A stretch of 63,805 nt of DNA, counting the filler, from Octopus bimaculoides (Eukaryota), in NCBI RefSeq assembly GCF_001194135.2. It is 8 parts of 7 records of this genome, joined end to end, with 100 filler letters (N's around TTAATTAATTAA, not from the genome) between each part and the next. Parts side by side here need not be neighbours in the genome. Positions count along the whole stretch, not along the records: positions 1 to 8,500 come from NC_068997.1; positions 8,601 to 14,122 come from NC_068982.1; 6 more parts are not named here. One strand, 5' to 3'. Position numbers and translations under genes: made by a program. The notes under the pieces are model-generated. The model ran no database searches. It was given only the letters and a program-made list of their open reading frames with translations, and was not told the origin of the DNA. Each line of letters starts with the position of its first letter. Within the stretch, counting starts at the first letter, position 1. Shown piece by piece: positions 1 through 12,172 of the stretch.

Positions 1-234
1 TACAACTGGATGCCTTTCCAATCAGGGGAATGTTGTGATCTCAGTTGCTTGGAAACCATGGAAACTGAGTAACTGGCCCCTATGAGTAATTTCCAGGGGT
101 TGGTCATGATGATGATGATGATGATGGTGGTGCTAAGTTTAGTGCAGGGTCCTATCATTTGTGAATTGAGGAAACCAAGGAGTTGAGGTAAGAATACAAA
201 GAACCGGACTGAGTCTAAAGATAATTTAGTTGGG

Positions 235-680
235 AGAGTCTCATTTGGAACCCCTGGTTCCTTCTGGATCAGGACTGACCTGGGGCTAAACAATAAGGAC
301 GCATGGGATATTGAAGTTTTAAACAAAAGACGGGAAGGTCACATCTGGAGCAAGACTGATCTGGGGTTATACAACAACAAGGATGGAAACATGAGATTAA
401 TAAAAGAATAAAAGATAGGATGGTCGTATATGGAACATCTAGATCTGCTGGATAAAGATTGACCTGGGGTTATACAGTAGCAAAGAAGGACACATTAGAT
501 ATTGTAGTCTTAGATCCACTATGCCAGGATAAAAGATGGGATGATCATATTTGGAACACCTATGTCTGCTGGTATGGTCAGGTCTGGCCTAGGGCTAAAC
601 AACAATAATGCACAATACAGTAATGACTTCCTAGATACACTAATGTCTGAATAAAAAACGGGATGGTCATATCTGGACTG
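235..680. repeat. Degenerate tandem repeat, about 85-125 bp period
   Basis: Motif AAAAGAYGGGATGGTCATATCTGGA recurs near 325, 410, 531 and 655, interleaved with GACCTGGGG(C/T)TA(A/T)ACAAC. Confidence 0.55.
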
Positions 681-2009
681 CTTTAATCTAGTACTGTGAT
701 TCCCAACGTGGGGGCGAATGAGTTGTTAAAATAAAAATCCTTGACACCCCTTCTGCAGACGATGTTATCAAATTTTTTGACACTTTAGAGACATCAAAAC
801 AGGTCGTGGCCATCAAAGGCAGAGATGTAAGATCTGATGTCTCTAAAGGGGAAATCATGTTTGTGTGTGTGTTAGAAATCTATGGATGCACAAACGCACA
901 AAACGGAGAAAATGAAACAAATATGGACGACTTGTTCAGAAACACCCGCAAATGGGGAACAGTTCTTAAAAATAGCCCCCAAATTCCTATGTCCTCGGAA
1001 TCTACATAGTCCAAAGTATATTTGTAGAGAATTTCATTAAAAAATATCCATTTTCATGAAAGCGAAGACGAATTGAAGTGGACTCTGGTGAAATATCCGA
1101 AATTCCCCACCCCAACTCTTCCTAAAACACTTTCTCCCCAAAAGTTTTGTATATTCGGAANNNNNNNNNNNNNNNNNNNNNNNNNNNNNNNNNNNNNNNN
1201 NNNNNNNNNNNNNNNNNNNNNNNNNNNNNNNNNNNNNNNNNNNNNNNNNNNNNNNNNNNNNNNNNNNNNNNNNNNNNNNNNNNNNNNNNNNNNNNNNNNN
1301 NNNNNNNNNNNNNNNNNNNNNNNNNNNNNNNNNNNNNNNNNNNNNNNNNNNNNNNNNNNNNNNNNNNNNNNNNNNNNNNNNNNNNNNNNNNNNNNNNNNN
1401 NNNNNNNNNNNNNNNNNNNNNNNNNNNNNNNNNNNNNNNNNNNNNNNNNNNNNNNNNNNNNNNNNNNNNNNNNNNNNNNNNNNNNNNNNNNNNNNNNNNN
1501 NNNNNNNNNNNNNNNNNNNNNNNNNNNNNNNNNNNNNNNNNNNNNNNNNNNNNNNNNNNNNNNNNNNNNNNNNNNNNNNNNNNNNNNNNNNNNNNNNNNN
1601 NNNNNNNNNNNNNNNNNNNNNNNNNNNNNNNNNNNNNNNNNNNNNNNNNNNNNNNNNNNNNNNNNNNNNNNNNNNNNNNNNNNNNNNNNNNNNNNNNNNN
1701 NNNNNNNNNNNNNNNNNNNNNNNNNNNNNNNNNNNNNNNNNNNNNNNNNNNNNNNNNNNNNNNNNNNNNNNNNNNNNNNNNNNNNNNNNNNNNNNNNNNN
1801 NNNNNNNNNNNNNNNNNNNNNNNNNNNNNNNNNNNNNNNNNNNNNNNNNNNNNNNNNNNNNNNNNNNNNNNNNNNNNNNNNNNNNNNNNNNNNNNNNNNN
1901 NNNNNNNNNNNNNNNNNNNNNNNNNNNNNNNNNNNNNNNNNNNNNNNNNNNNNNNNNNNNNNNNNNNNNNNNNNNNNNNNNNNNNNNNNNNNNNNNNNNN
2001 NNNNNNNNN

Positions 2010-5000
2010 CGGGAGTCTTTTCTGCCGCACCTTGCATCAACGATCGTATTTAATACGGGAGTCTTTTCTGCCACACCTTGCGTCAACGATCTTATTTAAT
2101 ACGGGAATCTTTTCTGCCGCACCTTGCGTCAACGATCTTATTTAATACGGGAATCTTTTCTGCCGCACCTTGCATCAACGATAGTATTTAATACGGGAGT
2201 CTTTTCTGCCGCACCTTGCGTCAACGATCTTATTTAATACGGGAGTCTTTTCTGCCGCACCTTGTGTCAACGATCTTAATTAATACGGGAGTTTTTTTCT
2301 GTCGCACCTTGCGTCAAAGATCGTATTTAATACGGGAGTCTATTCTGCCGCACATTGCGCCAAGAATCGTATTTGATAAGTGAGTCTTTTCTGCCGCACA
2401 TTGCGTCAACGATCGTACTTAATACGGGAGTCTATTCTGCAGCGCATTGCGTCAACGATCGTATTTAATACGGGAGTCTTTTCTGCCGCACTATCGTTGT
2501 CGCAAGGTGCGGCAGACAAAAACTCCCTTATTAAATACGATCGTTGACGCAAGGTGCAGTAGAATAGACTCCCGTACTAAATGCGATCATTGACGCAAGG
2601 TCCGGCAGAAAAGACTGCCGTATTAAATACGATCGTTGACGCAAGGTGCGGCAGAAAAGTTTCCCCTATTAGATACGGTCGTTGACACAAGGTGCGGCTA
2701 AAAAATCTCCCGTAGTAAATACGATCGTTTACACAAGGTCCGGCAGAAAAGACTCCCGTATTAAATACGATCGTTGAAGCAAGTTGCGACAGAAAAGACT
2801 CCCGTATTAAATACGATCGTTGACGCAAGGTGCTGCAGAATATACTCTCGTATTAAATGCGATCGTTGACGCCATGTGAGGCAGAAAAGACTCCCGTATT
2901 AATTGCAATCGTTGACGCAAGGTGCGGCAGTATAGACTCCCGTATAAAACGCGATCGTTGACGCAAGGTGCGGCAGAAAAACCTCCCGTATTAAATGCGA
3001 TCGTTGACGCAAGGTGCGGCAGAATAGACTCCAGTTTTAAATACGATCGTTGATGCAGGGTGGAGCTGAAAAAACTCCCGTATTAAGTACGGTCGTTGAC
3101 GCAAGGTGCGGCAGAAAAGACTCCCGTATTAAATAGGATCGTTGACGCAAGGTGCGGCAGAANNNNNNNNNNAACTCCCGTATTAAGTACGGTCGTTGAC
3201 GCAAGGTGCGGCAGAAAAGACTCCCGTATTAAATAGGATCGTTGACGCAAGGTGCGGCAGAAAAGACTCCCGTATTAAATAGGATCGTTCACGCAAGGTG
3301 CGGCAGAAAAACCTCCCGTATTAAATATGATCGTTGACGCAATGTGCGGCACAAAAACCTCCCATATTAAATACGATCGTTGACGCAAGGCGCGGCAGAA
3401 AAGACTCGCGTATTAAATACGATCGTTGACGCCAGGTGCAGCAGTATAGACTCCCGTATTAAATGCGATCGTTGACGCAATGTGCGGCAGAATAGACTCC
3501 CGTATTAAATGCGATCGTTGACGAAAGGTGCGGCAGAATAGACTCTCCTATTAAATGCGATCGTTGACGCAAGGCCCGGAAGAAAAGACTCCCGTATTAA
3601 ATTCGATCGCTGACACAAGGTGCGGCAGAAAAGACTCCCGTATTAAATACGATCGTTAACGGAAGGTGCGGCAGAAAAGACTCCCGTATTAAATACGACA
3701 TTTGACGCAAGGTGCCGTAGAGTAGACTCCCCTGTCAATTGCGACCGTTGACGCCAGGTGCGGCAGTATAGACTCCCGTATTAAATCGGATCGTTAACGC
3801 AAGTTGCAGCAGAAAACNNNNNNNNNNNNNNNNNNNNNNNNNNNNNNNNNNNNNNNNNNNNNNNNNNNNNNNNNNNNNNNNNNNNNNNNNNNNNNNNNNN
3901 NNNNNNNNNNNNNNNNNNNNNNNNNNNNNNNNNNNNNNNNNNNNNNNNNNNNNNNNNNNNNNNNNNNNNNNNNNNNNNNNNNNNNNNNNNNNNNCGCAAG
4001 GTGCCGCAGAGTAGTCTCCCGTATTAAATGCGATCGTTGACGCAAGGTGCGGCAGAAAAAACTCCCGCATTAAATGCGATCGTTGACGCAAGGTGCGGCA
4101 GAAAAGACTCCCGTATTAAATACAATCGTTAACGGAAGGTGCGGCAGAAAAGACTCCCGTATTAAATACGACCTTTGACGCAAGGTGCCGTAGAGTAGAA
4201 TCCCGTATCAATTGCGACCGTTGACGCCAGGTGCGGCAGTATAGACTCCCGTATTAAATCGGATCGTTAACGCAAGTTGCAGCAGAAAACCTCCCGTATT
4301 AAATGCGATCGTTGACGCAAGGTGCAGCAGAATAGACTCCAGTTTTAAATACGATCGTTGATGCAAGGTGGGGCTGAAAAAACTCCCGTATTAAATAGGA
4401 TCGTTCACGCAAGGTGCGGCAGAAAAACCTCCCGTATTAAATATGATCGTTGACGCAATGTGCGGCAGAAAAACCTCCCATATTAAATACGATCGTTGAC
4501 GCAAGGTGCGGCAGAAAAGACTCGCGTATTAAATACGATCGTTGACGCAAGGTGCGGCAGAATAGACTCCAGTTTTAAATACGATCGTTGATGCAAGGTG
4601 GGACTGAAAAAACTCCCGTATTAAATAGGATCGTTGACGCAATGTGCGGCAGAATAGACTCCCGTATTAAATGCGATCGTTGACGCAAGGTCCGGAAGAA
4701 AAGACTCCCGTATTAAATTCGATCGTTGACGCAAGGTGCGGCAGAAAATATTCCCGTATTAAATACGATCTTACACGCAAGGTGCGGCAAAAAAACCTCC
4801 CCTATTGAATACGATCGTTGACGCAAGGTGCGGCAGAAAAGACTGCCTTATTGAATTCGATGTTTGACGCAAGGTGCCGCAGAGTAGACCCCGTAATAAG
4901 TGCGATCGTTGACGCCAGGTGCAGTAGTATAGACTCCCGTATTAAATGAGATCGTTGACGCAAAGTGCGGCAGAAAAAACTCCCGTATTAAATGCGATCG

Positions 5001-8000
5001 TTGACGCAAGGAGCGGCAGAATAGACTCCCGTATTAAATACGATCGTTAACGCCAAGTGCGGCAGAAAAGACTCCCGTATTAAAAACGATCGTTAACGGA
5101 AGGTGCGGCAGAAAAGACTCCCGTATTAAATACGATGTTTGACGCAAGGTGCCGCAGAGTAGTGTCCCGTATTAAATACGCTCGCTCACGCAATGTGCGG
5201 CAGAAAAGATTCCCGTATTAAATACGATCGTTGACGCAAGTTGCGCCAAAAAAACCTCCCGTATTGAATACGATCGTCGACGCAAGGTGCGGCAGAAAAG
5301 ACTCCCGTATTCAATTCGATGTTTGACGCAAGGTGCCGGAGAGTAGACCCCGTAATAAGTGCGATCGTTGACGCCAGGTGCAGTAGTATAGATTCCCGTA
5401 TTAAATGAGATCGTTGACGCAAGGTGCGGCAGAAAAACCTCCCGTATTAAATGCGATTGTTGACGCAAGGTGCGGCAGTAAAAACTCCCGTATTAAATGC
5501 GATCGTTGACGCAAGGAGCGGCAGAATAGACTCCCGTATTAAATACGATCGTTGACGCAATGTGCGGCAGAAACAAATCCTGTATTAAATAGTATCGTTG
5601 ACGCAGGGTGCGGCAGAATAGTCTACCGTATTAAATACGATCGTGAACGCCAAGTGCGGCAGAAAAGACTCCCGTATTAAATACGATCGTTAACGGAAGG
5701 TGCGGCAGAAAAGACTCCCGTATTAAATACGATCTTTGACGCAAGGTGCCGCAGAGTAGTCTCCCGTATTAAATGCGATCGTTGACGCAAGGTGCGGCAG
5801 AAAAAACTCCCGTATTAAATGCGATCGTTGACGCAAGGTGCGGCAGAAAAGACTCCCGTAATATATAAGATCGTTAACGGAAGGTGCGGCAGAAAAGACT
5901 CCCGTATTAAATACGACCTTTGACGCAAGGTGCCGTAGAGTAGACTCCCGTATCAATTGCGACCGTTGACGCCAGGTGCGGCAGTATAGACTCCCGTATT
6001 AAATCGGAACGTTAACGCAAGTTGCGGCAGAAAAACCTCCCGTATTAAATGCGATCGTTGACGCAAGGTGCGGCAGAATAGACTCCAGTTTTAAATACGA
6101 TCGTTTACGCAAGGTGCGGCAGAAAAACCTCCCGTATTAAATGCGATCCTTGACGCAAGGTGCGGCAGAAAAACCTCCCGTATTAAGTACGATCGTTGAC
6201 ACAATGTGCGGCAGTATAGACTCCCGTGATATAAACGATCGTTGACGCAATGTGCGGCACGAAAACCTCCCGTATTAAATACGATCGTTGACGCAAGGTG
6301 GGGCAGAAACGACTCCCGTATAATATACGATCTTACACGCAAGGTGCTGCAGAATAGACTCCCATTTTCTATACGTTTGTTGACGCAATGTGCGGCAGAA
6401 AAACCTCCCGTATTAAATACAATCGTTGACGCTAGGTGCGGCAGAAAAACTTCCCGTATTAAATACGATCGTTGACTCAAGGTGGGGCAGAAACGACTCC
6501 GGTATTAAATACGATCTTACACGCAAGGTGCTTCAGAATAGACTCCCGTATTAAATGCTATCGTTGACGCTAGGTTCGGCAGTGTAGACTCTCGTATTAA
6601 ATGCGATCGTTAACGCAAGGTTAGGCGGAAAAACCTTCCGTATAAAATACGATCTTACACGCAAGGTGCTGCAGAATAGACTCCCGTATTAAATGCGATC
6701 GTTGACGCAATGTGCGGCAGTATAGACTCCCGTATTAAATAGGATCGTTGATGCAATGTGCGGCAGAAAACCTCCCGTATTAAATACGATCGTTGACGCA
6801 AGGTGCGGCAGAAACGACTCCCGTATAAAATACGATCTTACAGGCAAGGTGCTGCAAAATAGGCTCCCGTATTCTATACGTTCGTCGACGCAATGTGCGG
6901 CAGAAAAACCTCCCGTATTAAGTACGATCGTTGACGCAATGTGCGGCACAAAAGCCTCCTATATTAAATACGTTCGTTGACGCAAGTTGGGGAAGAAACG
7001 ACTCCTGTATAAAATACGATCTTACGCGCAAGGTGCTGCAGAATAGACTCCCGTATTAAATACGATCGTTGACGCATGGTTCGGCAGTATCGACTCCCGT
7101 ATTAAATACGATCGTTGACGCAAGGTGGGGCAGAAACGACACCCGTATTAAATACGATCTTACACGCAAAGTGCTGTAGAATAGACTCCCTTATTCTATG
7201 CGTTTGCTGACGCAATATGCGGCAGTATGGACTCCCGTATTAAATACGATCGTTGACGCAAGGTGGGGCAGAAACGACTCCCGTATTAAATACGNNNNNN
7301 NNNNAAATACGATCGTTGACGCAAGGTGGGGCAGAAACGACTCCCGTATTAAATACGATCTTACACGCAAGGTGCTGTAGAATAGACTCCCGTATTAAAT
7401 GCGATCGTTGACGCAATATGCGGCAGTATGGACTCCCGTATTAAATACGATCTTACAGGCAAGGTGCTGCAGAATAGACTCCCGTATTCTAAACGTTCGT
7501 CGACGCAATGTGCGGCAGAAAAACCTCCCGTATTATATACGATCGTTGACGCAAGTGCGGCAGAAAAACCTCCCGTATTAAATACGTTTGTTGGCGCAAG
7601 TTGGGGCAGAAACGACTCCCGTATTAAATACGATCTTACACGCAAGGTGCTGCAGAATAGACTTCCGTAATAAATGCGATCATTGACGCCAGGTTCTGCT
7701 GTATAGACTCCCGTATTAAATGCAATCGTTGACGCAAGGTGCGGCAGAAAAAGACTCCCGTATTAAAATGCGATAGTTGACGCAAGGTGCGGTGGAAAAG
7801 ACTCCCGTATTAAATACGATAGTTGACGCAGAGTGCGACAGAAAAACCTCCCGTATTAAATGCGATCGTTGACGCAAGGTGCGGCAGAATAGACTCCCGT
7901 ATTAAATGCGATCATTGACGCAAGGTGCCGCAGAGTAGACTCCCGTATTAAATACGATCGTTGACGCCTGGTGCGGCAGAATAGACTCCCGTATTAAATA

Positions 8001-8500
8001 CGATCGTTGACGGAAGGTGTGGCAGAATAGACTCCCGTATTAAATACGATCTTTGACGCAAGGTGTCGCAGAGTAGTCTCCCGTATTAAATACGATTTTT
8101 GACGCAAGGTGCCGCAGAGTAGACTCCCGTATTACATACGATCGTTGACGCCTGGTGCTGCAGTATAGACTCCTGTATTAAATGCGATCGTTGACGCCTG
8201 GTGCGGCAGTATAGACTCCTGTATTAATACGATAGTTGATGCAAGGTTGGGCAGAAACGACTCCCGTATTAAATACGATCTTACACGCAAGGTGCTTCAG
8301 AATAGACTCCCGTATTAAATGCGATCGCTGACGCAAGGTGCGGCAGAAAAACCTCCCGTATTAAATTCCATTTTTGAAGCAAGGTGCGGCAGTATAGACT
8401 CCGGTATTAAATACGATCGTTGACGCAAGGTGCGACAGAAAAGCCTCCCGCATTAAATACGATCGTTGACGCAAGGTGCGGCATAAATGATTCCCGTATT
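2010..8500. repeat. 46-bp tandem satellite array (about 140 monomer lengths including small gaps)
   Basis: Consensus CGATCGTTGACGCAAGGTGCGGCAGAAAAGACTCCCGTATTAAATA repeated back to back; reverse-complement orientation 2010-2491, this orientation 2492-8500; period counted directly (2041 to 2087). Confidence 0.97.
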
Positions 8501-8600
8501 NNNNNNNNNNNNNNNNNNNNNNNNNNNNNNNNNNNNNNNNNNNNTTAATTAATTAANNNNNNNNNNNNNNNNNNNNNNNNNNNNNNNNNNNNNNNNNNNN
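8501..8600. other. Artificial scaffold-joining spacer
   Basis: 44 N + TTAATTAATTAA (stops in six frames) + 44 N. Confidence 0.93.
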
Positions 8601-8676
<76 letters not shown>

Positions 8677-8760
8677 CATATGTATATATATATATATTTA
8701 TATATATATACATACATATGTATCTACACACACTCACACACACACAGATATATCTATATA
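8601..8760. repeat. (TA)n/(TG)n compound microsatellite
   Basis: Direct reading. Confidence 0.95.
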
Positions 8761-8790
8761 TCAACGTAAAAAATAGGATATCAAGAAGTG

Positions 8791-8880
8791 ATACAGTACA
8801 ATCGTTTCAACCAGCTACATTTATTTGAAAAATGTTATCGTTACATCAATTTAAATGCAGGCCTATCATCAGCGGCACAG
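8791..8880 (-). ncRNA. Degenerate type I hammerhead-like motif with long stem II (Penelope-like terminal repeat relic)
   Basis: Minus strand: CUGAUGA (8872-8866), 57-nt stem II region containing a 9-bp helix CUGCAUUUA/UAAAUGUAG, GAAA (8808-8805), C-GAUU-G-U-A; stem I imperfect. Confidence 0.4.
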
Positions 8881-9453
8881 ATACCTAAATAGAATTTTAA
8901 CCAGTATGGCACATTAATATAATTTTTCTCAAATATTTTCACACAGCAAGAGTATGAGAGAGATTAATATTGTTGCTATTGTAGCTAAGAATAGACTACA
9001 CTTCCAATAATCACATGAAGCCTATTAGAGTAATAGTCTTGTAAGAGATTGTAATTAATTTCTAATTCCTTTATCTCTTTATCAACAACTAAATCAAAGA
9101 CTAGAAGACTGTGTCTATTTTGAATAAAGGATAGGAGTGAGTTGACAGCTCATGGCTCGGTATGGTCATAAATATTATCACATGCATCCCTTTTCCTCAA
9201 GAAGGAAAGAAGACATTAGGAGTAGTCAGTTGGATATAAGTAACTGTCTATAAAAAGAGGCCGGCTAGGGGAAGACTTTAAATCATGATGTTATTTAACA
9301 GTTAAAGGGGCAAGACGCTAAGAAACCTAAGATGTTAATATTGAGGAAATATTATTATTTTAGAGCACTATGAGTGATTATAAACAATATTATTATATTG
9401 TTTAAAAATAAAATTTAAGATTTTATATATATACATATACTTTATATGTGTGC

Positions 9454-9528
<75 letters not shown>
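9454..9528. repeat. (TATC)n microsatellite
   Basis: Direct reading. Confidence 0.95.
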
Positions 9529-10187
9529 ATCATGGACGGACGGTAGACACATCGGCTCCGTAAGATTTGCCTTTTTTGCTTCTAAAAAGTTTGTTTCTCA
9601 GTCATATTTTATATACAAAAGCTGTGCAACAACTGATATATTCAGTTGTGCAACTTGTTTGCACGGGAAATCTGCCCTGTGTAGCAAATTCCCCATTTTT
9701 GTAAAATCTATTTTCGGCTTTCTTAGCCATTTTATTTTGAGAATGGCGATTCCAAGCCATGTGACGAACGCCGGTCTGTTTGGCCACTCGTACGCAATAA
9801 CCTTTCCTACCCTGCCTTCCCCACAACTTCACGAAGGAGGGAACAAAGGAAGAAGTAGCACACAAACAGGTGCCAGTGTTAGCATGAACGCTAACACCGC
9901 CACCACCATCGCCACCACCACCAACAACAACACCGTTTCAAAGGCTATGACCTCAAAGTCAAACACCAACACCACCACCACAGCTTCGCCGTCAACTGCT
10001 ACAACCGACACCTCCGCCACCACCACAGCCTCACCGTCAGCTACTACAACGGACGCNNNNNNNNNNNNNNNNNNNNNNNNNNNNNNNNNNNNNNNNNNNN
10101 NNNNNNNNNNNNNNNNNNNNNNNNNNNNNNNNNNNNNNNNNNNNNNNNNNNNNNNNAGTTTCGGAGCAGTGATTTATCGTTTTCACA

Positions 10188-10276
10188 TGTTAAACTTCCC
10201 CGGTGTATTATTTGTTAAACTTCCCCGGTGTATTATTTGTTAAACTTCCCCGGTGTATTATTCTGTTAAACTTCCC

Positions 10277-10277
<1 letters not shown>
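10188..10277. repeat. 25-bp minisatellite, about 3.6 copies
   Basis: TGTTAAACTTCCCCGGTGTATTATT repeated. Confidence 0.9.

Positions 10278-10346
<69 letters not shown>
10278..10346. repeat. (ATT)n = (TAA)n tract at the 3' end of the RLE-LINE fragment
   Basis: Direct reading. Confidence 0.95.
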
Positions 10347-10347
<1 letters not shown>

Positions 10348-10758
10348 CTTCGTAACACAGTGTAGGTAAAAATGCACTAGAGTCTTTAGTCGCCTGTCAA
10401 GTCGCAACAAGGAACTCAGACAGATAATATTTTCCGTATTTTCCAATACAGCTGCTTTTTGCAAGACATAAATCTTGCTTGGGATTTCCAGTTGCCTTAA
10501 GTTCAATGGATTCGGCCCAACACTCCGATCACTACTGGTATCATTTTTACATTACCCTCTTGCAGTCAGTACAGTCTTGCCATTTCCACTTCCAATTCGG
10601 AGTACTTGGTGATTTTTTCAACCTCTTTACTCACAACATTCATATCATTTGGTATGGCTACATCAATAATCTGACTGTGTTTGTCTCTCTAATTCGATAT
10701 GACAATATCCGGCCAATGTTGTTCGATTACACGATCCGTCTGAAAATCATAGTCCCAG

Positions 10759-10760
<2 letters not shown>
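10347..10760 (-). mobile_element. 5'-truncated RLE-type non-LTR retrotransposon (R4/Dong/HERO-like), endonuclease domain and 3' end, decayed
   Basis: Minus translation LWDYDFQTDRVIEQHWPDIVISN*RDKHSQIIDVAIPNDMNVVSKEVEKITKYSELEVEMARLY*...IPVVIGVLG matches the PD-(D/E)xK C-terminal signature of R2-group LINEs; contains stops. Confidence 0.85.
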
Positions 10761-10809
<49 letters not shown>

Positions 10810-11245
10810 GAGTGAGCGAGCATCGCATGCCATCAAATTGACGCTGGGACACAAATATGCGAAGCTCAAATATCCACATCATGACTACTCATCTGGTAAG
10901 GGGACAGAAGGACATGCATCACAGCTATGTGTGCGGTCACGTTAATCTCATATCAAGAGAAACAGTGTATGCCCTTGCAGATGGAGCTCAGAATTTTCTT
11001 CAGGTCGAGTAGTCCATCCTGCTCAAAATGTCCCTGGATAAGGGCTGTTATAAGGATGATGAATGAAACACCAAAGTTTCCATTCAAACTTCAAAGGATT
11101 CCTCGCAACACATCGTCCCTCACTACTCCTTCTCTTGCTCGTGATCAGAGATGCATACACCGACAGCCATTAAGGGAATGCTCTCCTGGTTAAGTTGAAG
11201 CAACTGACAAATAGATCTGCGGTATTTTGCAGAATATTTGCTCTA
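10761..11245 (-). mobile_element. Interspersed retroposon-like repeat with (TAA)n tail (tail 10761-10809)
   Basis: Tail followed by a non-coding body that I recognise as a common octopus interspersed repeat; no ORF signature. Confidence 0.5.
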
Positions 11246-12100
11246 CCCATTTTTTAGACTAAGACAAAATATGTGCATGTATTCACTTCCAATTATTTAA
11301 GATCAGAAGGCACCAGAGCCACTATCTGGTGCTCCATCATCATCATTATCATCAGCAGCAGCAAGCACCGGCAGTAGCAGCAGCATTAGTAGAAGTAGTT
11401 GTAGTAGTAGTAGTAAAGAAAAGACATGGACAACAGGTTAGTTTGCGATGTGGAGTGACCGTACATACCAATTAGTTGTGCAGGAGTCTTTGCTTTTGGT
11501 CTTAGATATGTATATCTGTAATAGCAATAGCACATATTGTAACAATCGTGTGTCTCATTTGAACTTTGTAAATAGCTAATAGTTTTCAGAAGAAGAGCTC
11601 TTTTGTAGCTCTGAAGAAGAAAATTAGACCTTGTGCAATAATCTTTGCTATTTTTCAAACGTGAGAAGCTCAAAATTACGGATTCATTCTCATAAAAGTG
11701 TTATTAATTTTTTTTAATGCAAGTACGCAATAACTGAAAACTATTCTGAAAGACGAACGAATGTGAAACTTATGACGCCAAGTAAATTATCAGAATGTCC
11801 CTTCAGCCATTGTGTTTAAAGGCAAACTGAAGACTCATTTACTAATAGATATAAGCTAGATATATACTATCGAACTTTTGCAGAGTATATTTACGAAAAC
11901 GCTGAGTCCAATATACCTATCATTTCTCAACTTGCAAACGGTGCTGGAGCAGATATCAGGGGATTATTCCCATGTTGTTGCATCAAATTTCAACGAGAAG
12001 TTGGTTAGTTATAAATGCCTGGGCTACAGACATATTAAAATGCCGATATAGGACCCGAACCATTCATTACTCGTTTGGTTTTCCAATATCATGTACACTT

Positions 12101-12104
<4 letters not shown>

Positions 12105-12167
<63 letters not shown>
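12105..12167. repeat. (TA)n microsatellite
   Basis: Direct reading. Confidence 0.95.

Positions 12168-12172
<5 letters not shown>

Noticed and set aside
686-712. hAT/Charlie-like left end (ATCTAGTA + CTGTGATTCCCAAC)
   Set aside because: No matching right TIR or TSD found; too short to support
3110-3245. Exact duplications flanking 10-N gaps (also near 7275 and 30644)
   Set aside because: Typical unmerged contig overlaps, not biological duplication
2010-8500. CRISPR array or protein-coding repeat (ORFs such as MRQRSYLIRESF...)
   Set aside because: Monomers abut with no unique spacers and no cas genes; the 46-bp period is not a multiple of 3, so the ORFs are incidental
9446-10243. 265-aa ORF
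   Set aside because: Built from TATC microsatellite, an ACC-rich tract and an N gap
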